NCBI GenBank assembly: GCA_045603565.1
Contig: JAZUML010000003.1
Span: 13,818 to 77,817 of the forward strand
Reading direction: 5' to 3'
DNA: 64,000 nucleotides
Origin: Candidatus Nanosyncoccus sp.
Lineage (GTDB): Bacteria; Patescibacteriota; Saccharimonadia; Saccharimonadales; Saccharimonadaceae
The translations under genes and the position numbers were made by a program. Shown here piece by piece: positions 27,483-37,596 of the stretch; the stretch's first letter is position 1, and each line of letters starts with the position of its first letter. The notes beneath the pieces are model-generated. The model saw nothing but the letters and a program-made list of their open reading frames with translations. It did no database searches and was not told the DNA's origin.

Positions 27483-29150
27483 ATGCAAGAAATTAAAAAT
27501 CAGCTTAAAAATGTTATTCAAAATCTTTACGGTCTAAATTTTGATCCCGAACTCGCTCCTTCACCGGATAACATTAACGCCGATTATTCCACCAATGCTC
27601 CCTTGAAGCTTGCCAAAGAATTGCATAAATCCCCGATGGAAATTACAAGTGAGATGGAAGCATCTATATCTGATAAAGGGGGATTCGCTTCTGCCCCAGG
27701 TTTCCTAAATTTTATTATATCAGACGATTATTTAACAGACGGCATTGATAAATTATCTCAAGATTTCAATACTGCCATTACGTCGGACAAATTCAAAGGT
27801 AAAACTGTCATTTGTGAGTTCAGCGACCCTAACCCCTTCAAGGTCCTTCACGTCGGTCATCTATATACAAGCATAGTCGGCGATTCAATCTCTAGATTGT
27901 TTGAATATGCTGGCGCCAAAGTCATACGGGCTAACTTCGGTGGCGATGTTGGGCTTCATGTAGCCAAAACCATGTACGTCCTACGTCAAAAAAATCCCGC
28001 CAAGCTCACCATCGAAGACATCGCTAAGTGCTATATCGAAGGCACCGCTCTTTACGAAGATGACGAGAACGCAAAGCAAGAAATTACCGAGCTAAACAAA
28101 GAAATTTATAAAATTAATTCCGAAGACCTTCACGATTCCGATCTAGCCAAACTATACTGGCAAGGCAGGGAATTGTCCTACCAATACTTTGATAATTTTT
28201 ATAATTCAATTGGTGTCAAATTTGATAAATACTATCCAGAATCCACCGTCGCCGAGCTTGGCCTAGCAAAAGTCAAAGAACAGCTCAAAAACGGCGTTTA
28301 CGAATTAAGTAATGGTGCCATCATCTTTAACGGCGAAAAATTCGGCCTCCATACCCGTGTTTTTATTAATCAAGAAGGTGTTCCAACTTACGAGACCAAA
28401 GATGTTGGATTGATATTCACCAAATGGCAAGATTATCATTTTGATAAATCAGTTATTATCACCGGGTCTGAGCAGTTAGACTATATGAAAGTCGTTCTAA
28501 AGTCTATTGAGCAATATGCCCCAGAATTAGTCGCAAAAACTTCACACTTAACTCACGGCCTGGTCAAACTTCCTGGTAACGTCAAAATGTCATCCCGTAA
28601 AGGTAATTTCTTAAAAGCTGTCGATGTGTTAGATCTGGTTCGCAACGAACTAAAGAGCGAATACAACTCCACCGATGAGCTTGTCTCACTTGCTGCCACC
28701 AAGTATGCCTTCTTAAAATACAAAATGGGTGGAAATATTATCTTCGACCCCAAAGAATCCGTCAAAATGACCGGCAACTCCGGGCCTTACCTGCTATACT
28801 CCTGTGTCCGCGCCAAAAAAATCTTACAAAAATCTCCAAGCGAATCCAAGAACAAAGAGAATAAACTACCTAGCAAACAAGAATCCGTCCTAGATTCGCC
28901 AGAACGCATTTTAATGAAGAAACTCCTCGAATACCGCGCTATTTTAGAAGTTGCCGTGATCGAAATGGCCCCACACAAACTAGCGAATTATTTATATGAA
29001 TTAGCTCAGGAATTCTCAAGGTTCTACGAAAACTGTCCAGTAAATGGCAGCAGTCAAGAATCAGAGCGCCTTAAGCTAGTCAAAGTATATCTAGATACTA
29101 TGACCCATGGCTTAGCTATTCTCGGCATCAAAATCCCGGAGGAAATGTAA
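27483..29150 (+). CDS. argS: Arginine--tRNA ligase
   Basis: EFSDPNPFKVLHVGH (HIGH), GDVGLH, KMSSRKG, GNSGPYLLY, DALR domain. Confidence 0.96.
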   Translation: MQEIKNQLKNVIQNLYGLNFDPELAPSPDNINADYSTNAPLKLAKELHKSPMEITSEMEASISDKGGFASAPGFLNFIISDDYLTDGIDKLSQDFNTAITSDKFKGKTVICEFSDPNPFKVLHVGHLYTSIVGDSISRLFEYAGAKVIRANFGGDVGLHVAKTMYVLRQKNPAKLTIEDIAKCYIEGTALYEDDENAKQEITELNKEIYKINSEDLHDSDLAKLYWQGRELSYQYFDNFYNSIGVKFDKYYPESTVAELGLAKVKEQLKNGVYELSNGAIIFNGEKFGLHTRVFINQEGVPTYETKDVGLIFTKWQDYHFDKSVIITGSEQLDYMKVVLKSIEQYAPELVAKTSHLTHGLVKLPGNVKMSSRKGNFLKAVDVLDLVRNELKSEYNSTDELVSLAATKYAFLKYKMGGNIIFDPKESVKMTGNSGPYLLYSCVRAKKILQKSPSESKNKENKLPSKQESVLDSPERILMKKLLEYRAILEVAVIEMAPHKLANYLYELAQEFSRFYENCPVNGSSQESERLKLVKVYLDTMTHGLAILGIKIPEEM

Positions 29151-29674
29151 TGAAAAAAGCGACGCTACTCTGGGTGGATTTAGAAATGACCGGCCTAGAT
29201 CCAGCCAAGGATAGAATTCTCGAATTAGCCGCAATAGCGACAGATATAAAACTAAATCCGGTAGCAACTTACAAAGCCGTCATAAAAGTTGACGAAAAAC
29301 TAATCAAAACTCGGATGGTTGGCGACTTTTGGGAGAAAAACGCCAAATCACGCGACGCCCTCATATCGCAAAACCAAACCGGCAAACCTGTCGCGGAAGT
29401 CGAAAAAGAATTACTCGCCTTTGCTGATCAATATTTTGGCAAAACCATTTATCTAGCTGGCAATTCTATTCATCAAGACCGCAAATTTATTGAACGTGAA
29501 ATGCCAGACTTCAATCAAAAACTACACTATCGCATGCTAGACGTTTCGAGTTGGAAAATATACTTCGAGAATGCCCTGCACAAAAAATTTATCAAACCAG
29601 AAAATCACCGTGCATTAGATGATATTAATGGCTCAATTGAGGAGTTAAAATGGTACCTGACCTTTCTCAAATAG
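29150..29674 (+). CDS. orn: Oligoribonuclease
   Basis: WVDLEMTGLDP, LAGNSIHQDRKF, LHYRMLDVSS, HRALDDI. Confidence 0.95.
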   Translation: MKKATLLWVDLEMTGLDPAKDRILELAAIATDIKLNPVATYKAVIKVDEKLIKTRMVGDFWEKNAKSRDALISQNQTGKPVAEVEKELLAFADQYFGKTIYLAGNSIHQDRKFIEREMPDFNQKLHYRMLDVSSWKIYFENALHKKFIKPENHRALDDINGSIEELKWYLTFLK

Positions 29675-29937
29675 GCGGCATCGACAACTATTCAGAAAAA
29701 ACCGAAAAAGACCGCGTCTTATACCAAAAAAACGGCAAAGCATTTCTCGTCGTCAATAAACATACTATAGAAGTACGCTGCGACGAGAAACTTAGCCAAG
29801 TTCTAAAAGAAAAATACGAATCCGTCATGGAATCCCGATATTTTGGTCGCGGCGGCATTGAAATCGTCCCCACAGAACAATTAAGTCCTCAAGAGCTTGA
29901 GGACTTAATCAGGCTTAGCTACAATCTTACTTCTTAG
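29650..29937 (+). CDS. MmcQ/YjbR-like small protein
   Basis: GKAF..., VRCDEKLSQVLKEKY, LEDLIRLSYNL pattern. Confidence 0.6.
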   Translation: MVPDLSQIGGIDNYSEKTEKDRVLYQKNGKAFLVVNKHTIEVRCDEKLSQVLKEKYESVMESRYFGRGGIEIVPTEQLSPQELEDLIRLSYNLTS

Positions 29938-30319
29938 CTTCTTTTGCCGTCTTTTTCGCGTCTCGACGACGGTTTAAGCGGTTCATGCCTTTAATCACCA
30001 TAAAGATTACCCAGGCAATTACCAAGAATTGAACTACATTTTGGATGAAATTGCCATATGCAATTACCGCCTCATCGCCTGTACCAAAGAAGTTTGGTAT
30101 ACGAAGCGATAAATTCGTAAAATCTACGCCACCTAGAATTAGCCCCACGATCGGCATCACGATATCATTAACCAGGGAATTAACAATCGTAGTAAATGCA
30201 CCACCTACTGCCACACCTACAGCAAGATCAATCATCGAGCCGCGATTTATAAATTCAATGAATTCTTCTTTGATGCCTTTTTTGTCTTCTAGTTTTTGCA
30301 ATTCTTCAGATTTTGCCAT
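29927..30319 (-). CDS. mscL: Large-conductance mechanosensitive channel
   Basis: EFIEFINRGSMIDLAVGVAVGGAFTTIVNSLVNDIVMP, YGNFIQ. Confidence 0.96.
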   Translation of the reverse strand: MAKSEELQKLEDKKGIKEEFIEFINRGSMIDLAVGVAVGGAFTTIVNSLVNDIVMPIVGLILGGVDFTNLSLRIPNFFGTGDEAVIAYGNFIQNVVQFLVIAWVIFMVIKGMNRLNRRRDAKKTAKEAKK

Positions 30320-30333
30320 CTTAATCCTTTCCT

Positions 30334-30948
30334 TTATTTGGTTTCTGAAAAATTATTAAAATTATCATATAAATTTTTCAGGCTATCATAAGATGTTGAG
30401 AGGATGCTTTTTAAAGCATCATCTTTGCTAGAATTAATCAACTTAGCCTCTTCTGTCATTAGCATCGATGTTTCGTAAGACATCTTGTGCGCGTAAACCC
30501 GGTCTAGAACTCCGTTAATCTTCGCCTCAAACAATTCGTTTGATAATTCCTCTTGGTTCCCCGCCGCCGCATCCTTGAGTTTTTTATCAACGTCCTTCTC
30601 CTTAAACTCATATTTAGCAGTGACAAAATCAGTCAATTTACTATTAGTATCAGAAATCACGCTATTGAGCGAAGCGCTACTAGATCGCAAGCTCGAAGAT
30701 TTTACATTTGGTTGATACTCTTCGATTACGCTTGAGGTATTATCAAGGTGTAGTTTCAGAGCAAAACTGAGATTTTTCTCGCCACCCTTGTTCCCATTTA
30801 CGAGCGCACCAATAATTATGATAATAATTAAAGCTACTAAACCAATCGCTCCCACCAAGAAAAACTTTGATGATAGAATCCCTTTTTTCTGCTTCTGTGC
30901 CGGCCGATTATTCGCCGAGATTTGATTAAGATAATCCTGCCCTTCCAT
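30334..30948 (-). CDS. Hypothetical membrane-anchored helical protein
   Basis: Single TM helix, 204 aa, divergent from dnaG. Confidence 0.7.
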   Translation of the reverse strand: MEGQDYLNQISANNRPAQKQKKGILSSKFFLVGAIGLVALIIIIIIGALVNGNKGGEKNLSFALKLHLDNTSSVIEEYQPNVKSSSLRSSSASLNSVISDTNSKLTDFVTAKYEFKEKDVDKKLKDAAAGNQEELSNELFEAKINGVLDRVYAHKMSYETSMLMTEEAKLINSSKDDALKSILSTSYDSLKNLYDNFNNFSETK

Positions 30949-30966
30949 ATGCTATAATTATACCAT

Positions 30967-32604
30967 ATGAACGACGCGAAGGAGGAAATAAAATCCCGAC
31001 TCGCGGTGGAGGATGTCGTCGGGCAGTATATCGAATTAAAGCGTGCCGGCCGCAATCTTAAGGGCCGTTCGCCTTGGGGTGTCGACAAAACTCCAAGCTT
31101 TATGGTTTCTCCCGAAAAGGGCATCTGGCATGACTTTTCAGCAAACAAAGGCGGCGACATTTTTACTTTTGTGATGGAAGTAGAGGGAATTAGTTTCAAA
31201 GAAGCGATGGAAAAACTCGCAAATCAAGCCGGAGTTGACCTCAGTAAGTATCATGGTGGTGACGCTACAGTTTCCAAAAAGAAAGCTCGCGCGAAAGAGG
31301 CCTTAGCGCTAGCCACTAAATATTATCAAGCCTGTCTCGTACGCAACAAAAAAATCTGTGAGTACGTTTTTTACCAAAGAAATCTCAATCGCAAAACCGT
31401 CCAAGAATTCAAGATTGGCTATGCGCCAGAAAGCGGCAAAGCACTAGTCGATGTTCTCACCAAACATGGTTATGACGTCGCTGAGCTCGAGACCGCTGGT
31501 CTCCTTAATCGTTTCAAAAGTGATTTATTCCGCGGTCGCATGACAGTGCCATTTATTGATACTACTGGTAACGTAATTGGTTTTACCGCGCGTATTATTG
31601 GAAAAGGTGAACCCAAATATCTCAACACGCCCGAAACTTTATTGTTCAACAAATCAAAATTTATTTTTGGGCTATTTCAGGCCAAAGAATCTATTCGCCG
31701 CAGCGGCTTCGTGGTTATCGTGGAGGGAAACATGGACGTAATATCTTCGCATCAAGCAGGCGTCAAAGAAGCCGTTGCAACTTCTGGCACTGCCATGACC
31801 GAGCAACATCTCAAAGCTCTCTCCAAGCTTACTTCTGATATTCGCCTCGCCTATGACGGCGACGAAGCTGGGGTCAAAGCTACCGAACGCGCTATCATGA
31901 TGGCCGGTGATCTCGGTATCGATCTTACTGTTATATCAGATTATCATGGCGCCAAAGATCCAGACGAGCTTATTCAAAAGGACCCCAAACTTTGGCAAGA
32001 AGCCGTAGCAAAAAGCATTCCAGCCGTAGATTGGCTCCTTCAAAAATACGAAGAAAACCTAAACCTAAATACTGCGCCCGGCAAACGTAAATATTCTGAT
32101 ATTGCTCTCAAACTTCTAAGTTATATTACCGATGAAATCGAGCGAGCAAGCTACGAAGAAAAGATTGCCAACAAACTAGATGTCGAAGTTGAAATCTTAC
32201 GCGAAAAGGGCGAACGGCTGAACAAAAAATTAGCTCAAGCCCCCAAAAAATACCTAAAAAAACCAAAAACCGCCGCAAAAAACAGTCATCTCAAAAAGCT
32301 CGAAGATAGCCTACTTGCACTAAAACTATTTGGCGGCGTCACTAAAACCAAAATACCCCTCGAGCCTCCACAAGACGAAACTCGCCTTTCGGAATTAGAA
32401 TTAGTTTTCAGTCGCGAACACGAAAAAATCAAAAATCTTGACTTAGAAAAAGAAGCCTCCGAACTACTCGCACGCTACAATCGGGAATTAAACAAGCAAA
32501 AAATCAAAGAACTCAATCAAAAACTAGCTGAACTTAGCGAAGATGATACAGAATACGAAAAAATCCTTAAAAAGATCGTGGATATACAAAGCGCTGAAGG
32601 GTGA
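30967..32604 (+). CDS. dnaG: DNA primase
   Basis: Zn-finger-like KTPSF, DLFRGRMTVP, PKYLNTPET, IVEGNMDV, YDGDEAG, KDPDE Toprim motifs. Confidence 0.96.
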   Translation: MNDAKEEIKSRLAVEDVVGQYIELKRAGRNLKGRSPWGVDKTPSFMVSPEKGIWHDFSANKGGDIFTFVMEVEGISFKEAMEKLANQAGVDLSKYHGGDATVSKKKARAKEALALATKYYQACLVRNKKICEYVFYQRNLNRKTVQEFKIGYAPESGKALVDVLTKHGYDVAELETAGLLNRFKSDLFRGRMTVPFIDTTGNVIGFTARIIGKGEPKYLNTPETLLFNKSKFIFGLFQAKESIRRSGFVVIVEGNMDVISSHQAGVKEAVATSGTAMTEQHLKALSKLTSDIRLAYDGDEAGVKATERAIMMAGDLGIDLTVISDYHGAKDPDELIQKDPKLWQEAVAKSIPAVDWLLQKYEENLNLNTAPGKRKYSDIALKLLSYITDEIERASYEEKIANKLDVEVEILREKGERLNKKLAQAPKKYLKKPKTAAKNSHLKKLEDSLLALKLFGGVTKTKIPLEPPQDETRLSELELVFSREHEKIKNLDLEKEASELLARYNRELNKQKIKELNQKLAELSEDDTEYEKILKKIVDIQSAEG

Positions 32605-32646
32605 TGCATTTGCTTTTTTTCTATTTATGACATATAATAAACGCTA

Positions 32647-33624
32647 ATGAGCGCGAAAAAAGACGATCAAATTTTGACTGCGAAGGACCTAACTCTTGAA
32701 ATCGATGAACCAGAGACGCACGATTTAGAGAATGAAGAAGAGCTCTCCGATGAGGAGCTTGCTATTACTGCCGAAAATGTAGATTCTTTTGCAGACGATT
32801 CAGTTAGACTATATCTTCGCGAAATCGGTAAGATTCCTCTTTTGACTCCAGAGGAGGAGGCCGAGCTAGCCCAAAAAATCGTCAAAGGTGACAAAAAAGC
32901 CAAAGACAAAATGGTCGAATCAAACATGCGTCTTGTGGTTTCTATTGCAAAGCGTTATGGTGGCCGAGGTCTAGATTTTCTAGATTTAATTCAAGAAGGA
33001 AATACTGGTTTGCTGCGCGCCGTCGAAAAATTCGACCCCGACAAAGGCTTCAAGTTTTCTACTTATGCCACCTGGTGGGTGCGTCAGGCGATCACTCGCG
33101 CTATCGCCGATCAAGCCCGCACGATTCGTATTCCGGTTCACATGGTTGAGACTATCAACAAGGTTCTTCGTACTACTCGTAAACTCACCTCCGAATTAAA
33201 CCGTGAACCTACCAACGAAGAAATCGCCAAAGCCCTAGACATGGAGCCCGAAAAAGTCGACTACGTTATGCGTATCAAGCAAGATATTGCCTCGCTAGAT
33301 GCTTCCGTAGGACGTGATGGCGACGACGAAGATTCTGTATTAGGTGATTTTGTCGAAGACGAAGAGCGTGACTCTCCAGAAGATTCCGCTGCGAACCAAA
33401 TCTTAAAAGAGCAATTGTCCGAAATAATTGCCACTTTGACAGATAGGGAACAAAAGATTATCCGCCTACGTTTTGGCATCGGTGGCGGCCGCCCACACAC
33501 TCTAGAAGAGGTCGGCAACGAATTCGACGTCACGCGTGAGCGCATTCGTCAGATTGAGGCCAAAGCTCTCAGTAAGCTTCGCAAAAACAAAGAAACCCGC
33601 AAACTACACGAATATTTAAAATAG
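32647..33624 (+). CDS. rpoD: Primary sigma factor RpoD/SigA
   Basis: [70 protein letters not shown]. Confidence 0.97.
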   Translation: MSAKKDDQILTAKDLTLEIDEPETHDLENEEELSDEELAITAENVDSFADDSVRLYLREIGKIPLLTPEEEAELAQKIVKGDKKAKDKMVESNMRLVVSIAKRYGGRGLDFLDLIQEGNTGLLRAVEKFDPDKGFKFSTYATWWVRQAITRAIADQARTIRIPVHMVETINKVLRTTRKLTSELNREPTNEEIAKALDMEPEKVDYVMRIKQDIASLDASVGRDGDDEDSVLGDFVEDEERDSPEDSAANQILKEQLSEIIATLTDREQKIIRLRFGIGGGRPHTLEEVGNEFDVTRERIRQIEAKALSKLRKNKETRKLHEYLK

Positions 33625-33634
33625 GAGGCACCAA

Positions 33635-34006
33635 GTGAAGAAAATTATCGCATTATTAGCAATCATCACAATGAGCTTGTCTAGCATTAGCGCTCATGCA
33701 CTAAGCATGGTTCAAACAAGTCAATTTGGTGCAGTGGAAACAGCTATATTGAATGACTGCGGCAGCAAAGACGGCGGCGAAGGTGTAATTTGTATCATTA
33801 ATCTTGTTGTAAACATCTTGTCCGTCGGCGTTGGCATCTTGGGTGTCGTGGCTATTTCCGTAGTCGGCGTCCAATACCTTACCGCCGGAGACAGTGAAGA
33901 AAAAGTGCGCACTGCTAAGCGTCGATTATTCGAGATCGTGATTGGCCTTGCCGCCTACGCCGTAATCTATGCCTTATTACAATGGCTCTTACCAGGCTTC
34001 GGATGA
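33635..34006 (+). CDS. VirB2/TrbC-like (T4SS pilin family) protein
   Basis: GGAGG RBS + GTG; signal peptide; two hydrophobic helices around GVQYLTAGDSEEKVRTAK. Confidence 0.75.
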   Translation: MKKIIALLAIITMSLSSISAHALSMVQTSQFGAVETAILNDCGSKDGGEGVICIINLVVNILSVGVGILGVVAISVVGVQYLTAGDSEEKVRTAKRRLFEIVIGLAAYAVIYALLQWLLPGFG

Positions 34007-34983
34007 GACGCTTACTAATTATTTATAATCCTCGCTCGTCTCGTTTTTCTGATGTTAAAGACGAGGTCCTTAGTCGTCTAACGGAGCTAAAAGGCTACAT
34101 GGTTGGAAAATATGAAGTCGCTAACACCGATGTTGACGACAATGCTAAAAAGCTTGCCAAAATCCTCAAAAACGACGATCTAGTAGTTGCTGCAGGGGGT
34201 GACGCCACGGCCGTCATTGCTGCTAACGCAATCCTGCAGTCGGACAAAAACATCACTCTCGCCGTTCTCCCGTATGGTAACTTCAACGACCTCTCTCGTA
34301 CTCTCGGAACGGAAACTTTAGAAGATGTCGTTACATGGACGGGTGGCGTCGCTGGGGGGACCCCCGCCGCACGCAGCCGTGAGGCGAGTACGGCGGGGGA
34401 AACTGCGACGACAGGACTCGTCCAGAAACTATATCCTCTCGAAATATACATTGATGATAAGTTTTTCCGTTACGCTACTTGTTATGTCACCATCGGTATG
34501 ACCGCCGAGGCCGTTGAATTATTCGATAAACCTAAAGTCAGGAAAAAGCTCAAAACTTCCTCGGGTCGCTCCTTCGGCTCATATCTAAGTCTTGCGGGTT
34601 GGTATTTCAAGAACCGTCATCGCAAAACATTTTTGCCCGAGTTCAAGCTCAATGGCGAATTGCAGCACCGCAAAACGTCCGACTACGCTGCTGTCAACGG
34701 TAGCTCAATGGCTCGTGTTATGAAAGGTGGCGATGACTATCAGAATCCCACAGTCTTTCGTAGCGAAACCGACCGCTTGACTAGTTTTTGGCGTTTAGTA
34801 AAACTACTAACGAAAAGCATACTCTCTCGAATTCCAGGCTCAGAAACCAAAGGCGACATTTTGGAATTCATAAGACCATCCACCGTCGAATTACAAGCTG
34901 AAGGCGAGTATACGACTTTTGAGAACATTAATAAAATTGAAATCAAGAAAGGCAAAAAATGTCTGAAGGTAGTCAAGAAATAG
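34003..34983 (+). CDS. Diacylglycerol/lipid kinase family protein with a ~30-aa palindromic insertion
   Basis: IIYNPRSS, AAGGDATA, LPYGNFNDLSRTLG, EGE C-terminal motif; ATGA overlap with the upstream gene. Confidence 0.85.
   Translation: MRRLLIIYNPRSSRFSDVKDEVLSRLTELKGYMVGKYEVANTDVDDNAKKLAKILKNDDLVVAAGGDATAVIAANAILQSDKNITLAVLPYGNFNDLSRTLGTETLEDVVTWTGGVAGGTPAARSREASTAGETATTGLVQKLYPLEIYIDDKFFRYATCYVTIGMTAEAVELFDKPKVRKKLKTSSGRSFGSYLSLAGWYFKNRHRKTFLPEFKLNGELQHRKTSDYAAVNGSSMARVMKGGDDYQNPTVFRSETDRLTSFWRLVKLLTKSILSRIPGSETKGDILEFIRPSTVELQAEGEYTTFENINKIEIKKGKKCLKVVKK
34333..34427. repeat. Family B palindromic element, in frame within the lipid kinase gene
   Basis: ACATGGACGGGTGGCG...CAGGACTCGTCCAGAA; ends match 45887-45974. 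Confidence 0.88.
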
Positions 34984-35768
34984 AGCAAATCGTTAAATAT
35001 ATGAAGTCGCATTGGCCGTCCAATGTTAAACCAGAATGGCAAGTCGGTCTCGCCGAATATCCTGGCATCCTCAAAAAGGCATTAGCAGATTTAACCATGG
35101 CTGCGACTAAAAATTACCATCTCATCCGCATAGCAGGCGTCTCTGGTTCTGGTAAAACCACTCAGATTTTACCCGCCGTTGAAGCGTATTGCGAAAAAAA
35201 CAATTTCGAGCCAATTCTAATGGCTGCACGTCGTTTTGTAGAGTATCATCCGCACTTTGAAGAAATCAAAGAATACTATGGTGAAGAGAACTTACGCAAA
35301 AACACTGACGAATTCTGTACTATTATGCTATTCTTAACGCTTTCTGCATTGATGAAAGATGGTTACGACATTGTTTTAGACGTCACCTTATTAGACCCAG
35401 AAATGGAAGCAATTTTACTCAAAATGGTCAAAACAGAAAACTACAAGTTCTTAATTCTCATGATTGCCGTTTCACCTACCGTCACTGAAAAATACCTTAG
35501 CGGTCGTGCTTGGCGCCATTCTAAAGCCACTGAACAAGAATTTATCCGAGCCACATCCGAGGCCCTAGCCTTTTATGCCGAAAACACACCTGATACACAC
35601 ATCATTATCTGGAGCGTCTATGACAAACCGCCAGTTTACGACGGTCCAATCAAAGATTGTATCGATATATTTAGCGACTATTCAAATAGGGAAGCACTAC
35701 CAAAATCTGATGACGACGAGCGCCGCGACGCTAAAATCGATTATCTTACCAAATTAGAGTTGATTTAG
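34959..35768 (+). CDS. Zeta-toxin-family P-loop kinase
   Basis: IAGVSGSGKTT Walker A, FVEYHPHFEEI, DIVLDVTL. Confidence 0.65.
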   Translation: MSEGSQEIEQIVKYMKSHWPSNVKPEWQVGLAEYPGILKKALADLTMAATKNYHLIRIAGVSGSGKTTQILPAVEAYCEKNNFEPILMAARRFVEYHPHFEEIKEYYGEENLRKNTDEFCTIMLFLTLSALMKDGYDIVLDVTLLDPEMEAILLKMVKTENYKFLILMIAVSPTVTEKYLSGRAWRHSKATEQEFIRATSEALAFYAENTPDTHIIIWSVYDKPPVYDGPIKDCIDIFSDYSNREALPKSDDDERRDAKIDYLTKLELI

Positions 35769-36566
35769 ATTAATTTCCGGAAAATGCGCCCTAATGTGTT
35801 CGGCGTAGCCATTATCGATATTTTTCCAAGCCTCTTTCATTCTATCAATATTATCTAACTTATCAAATTGTGCCAGAAAAGCCGTTTCAAAATCGTCTGG
35901 TACCGGCCTCGACAGCATTCTCGCTACATCCATCTCTGGATTTCCAGTTCCGGCAAAACAAAAGTCAATCACACCAATCACTTTGTTATTTTTGTCTAAC
36001 AGGATATTCCCAAGATTCAAATCACCATGTACTAGTTTTTTGAGTTCTGTTTCTTTGATAAAACTATGATCCGCATCGATGTGTTTGTCGTAATGCTCAT
36101 AATCTAATTCGTGTAAAAACTCGCTCAAGGGGAATTGAACTTCTTTTGGTGCACCACTAAGATCAATGCCAGACAACTCTTTGATGAACTTTGCCGTATC
36201 ATAAGCAACCCCCAGTAGCGCCGTATGCGACAAGTGATAAATTCTATCACCCAAAGTGTATCCTTCAATTTTTTGATGCAAAGAAAACGGACGTCCGTCT
36301 TTGTCATAGCAAAGCTTCATTTGTGGCGTATAATAACTAGTTTTTCCGTCTACAAAACTACAAACTGCAGCATCTTTTACAATCATTTTTGACCAAAAAG
36401 GATTTCGCGGAAATCTAAAAAAATACGCGCCATCATCTGTCGTCACTTCAATTACGATATTTGTCCACCCAGTCAAAATATGCTTAGTTTTCTCAATTTT
36501 CTTCTCTGGCAAAGTTTCTGCAATAATCAAATCAAGATTGTCAGAGGTAGTGAAATAATTCGCCAT
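35754..36566 (-). CDS. Aminoglycoside phosphotransferase/choline kinase-family protein
   Basis: GWTNIV, FRFPR, LVHGDLNLGNILL, GVIDF. Confidence 0.85.
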   Translation of the reverse strand: MANYFTTSDNLDLIIAETLPEKKIEKTKHILTGWTNIVIEVTTDDGAYFFRFPRNPFWSKMIVKDAAVCSFVDGKTSYYTPQMKLCYDKDGRPFSLHQKIEGYTLGDRIYHLSHTALLGVAYDTAKFIKELSGIDLSGAPKEVQFPLSEFLHELDYEHYDKHIDADHSFIKETELKKLVHGDLNLGNILLDKNNKVIGVIDFCFAGTGNPEMDVARMLSRPVPDDFETAFLAQFDKLDNIDRMKEAWKNIDNGYAEHIRAHFPEINLNQL

Positions 36567-36595
36567 AACCTATTATACCATGCTATAATAAAGCT

Positions 36596-37162
36596 ATGGA
36601 GAATATCAAGATACTCGCAATTGTTGGTATGTCTGGCTCCGGCAAATCTGTCGCAGTTGATTATCTCACCGAAAAAGGTTATCCCAAAGTTTATTTCGGC
36701 GGCATGATTTACAAAGAAATGGAAAAGCGCGGTATCGAACGCACCGAAGATGGCGAATCTGAGAAGAAATTCCGTGAAGAAATACGCGAAAAAGAAGGCA
36801 AAGACTGGGTAGTAAAGCAAGCCATCGCCGAGACTAAGGATTTAATTAGCGCTGGCCAAAAACACATCATTCTTGACGGTGTTTATTCCTGGACCGAATA
36901 CAAAACTTTAAAACACGAATTCCCCAAAGCACTAACATTTATCGCAATCGTAGTCGACAAAAAACTCCGCTACGATAGAGTAGCCGACCGTCCGGGTCGC
37001 GCTTTTGATGCTGCTGCTATCCGTGAGCGCGATCGTAGCGAAATTGAAAACCTCGAAAAAGGCGGTCCTATCGCCGCCGCTGATTATTATATTTTAAACA
37101 ACGGCACAGTCCCAGAATTACACGAAAGATTAAATCAAATATTAAAGGAGATAGAGTTTTGA
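36596..37162 (+). CDS. Dephospho-CoA kinase-like P-loop protein (archaeal-type/AAA family)
   Basis: VGMSGSGKS, ILDGVYSWTEY, IRERDRSEI, ADYYILNNGT. Confidence 0.75.
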   Translation: MENIKILAIVGMSGSGKSVAVDYLTEKGYPKVYFGGMIYKEMEKRGIERTEDGESEKKFREEIREKEGKDWVVKQAIAETKDLISAGQKHIILDGVYSWTEYKTLKHEFPKALTFIAIVVDKKLRYDRVADRPGRAFDAAAIRERDRSEIENLEKGGPIAAADYYILNNGTVPELHERLNQILKEIEF

Positions 37163-37596
37163 CAAGCATAGATAACATATCAAATGTAGCATACAAAAAA
37201 GGCAACCTCATGCGATATACTCTCTGGGCTCTTGCTGCAGTTTGTATCGGCACGCTAATTTATACTTTTATCAACACTATGAGTGGCGATGTCTCTGCCT
37301 CCGTTCCAGAAGGATACCGTTTTTCCGTTACTGATAATTATACCGAGGGAAGTAATATTCGGACAATTTATTATGTTTACGATGATAGGATTATGGTCGA
37401 AGACGAAAGCATAGACAACAACAACGTCAATCGCGCGATTTTGGTGTACGACAACATCAATACAACGCCGCTAGCGTATGATGATGAAACCATCGAACTG
37501 TGTGAATTGGGTGATTGTAGCGAAAAACCCAGAATTCTCGCCACCATTAAATCGCTAATCTCGCGCAAAATTGGCCGCGAATACATAGGTTTTTAG
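37159..37596 (+). CDS. Hypothetical membrane-anchored protein
   Basis: TM helix near the N-terminus; fills the gap before polA; start uncertain. Confidence 0.6.
   Translation: MTSIDNISNVAYKKGNLMRYTLWALAAVCIGTLIYTFINTMSGDVSASVPEGYRFSVTDNYTEGSNIRTIYYVYDDRIMVEDESIDNNNVNRAILVYDNINTTPLAYDDETIELCELGDCSEKPRILATIKSLISRKIGREYIGF

Noticed and set aside
28830-28910. Possible degenerate palindromic insert in argS (GCGAATC...GATTCGC, encoding SPSESKNKENKLPSKQES)
   Set aside because: Only a 7-bp stem, AT-rich interior and no similarity to the family A/B/C cores
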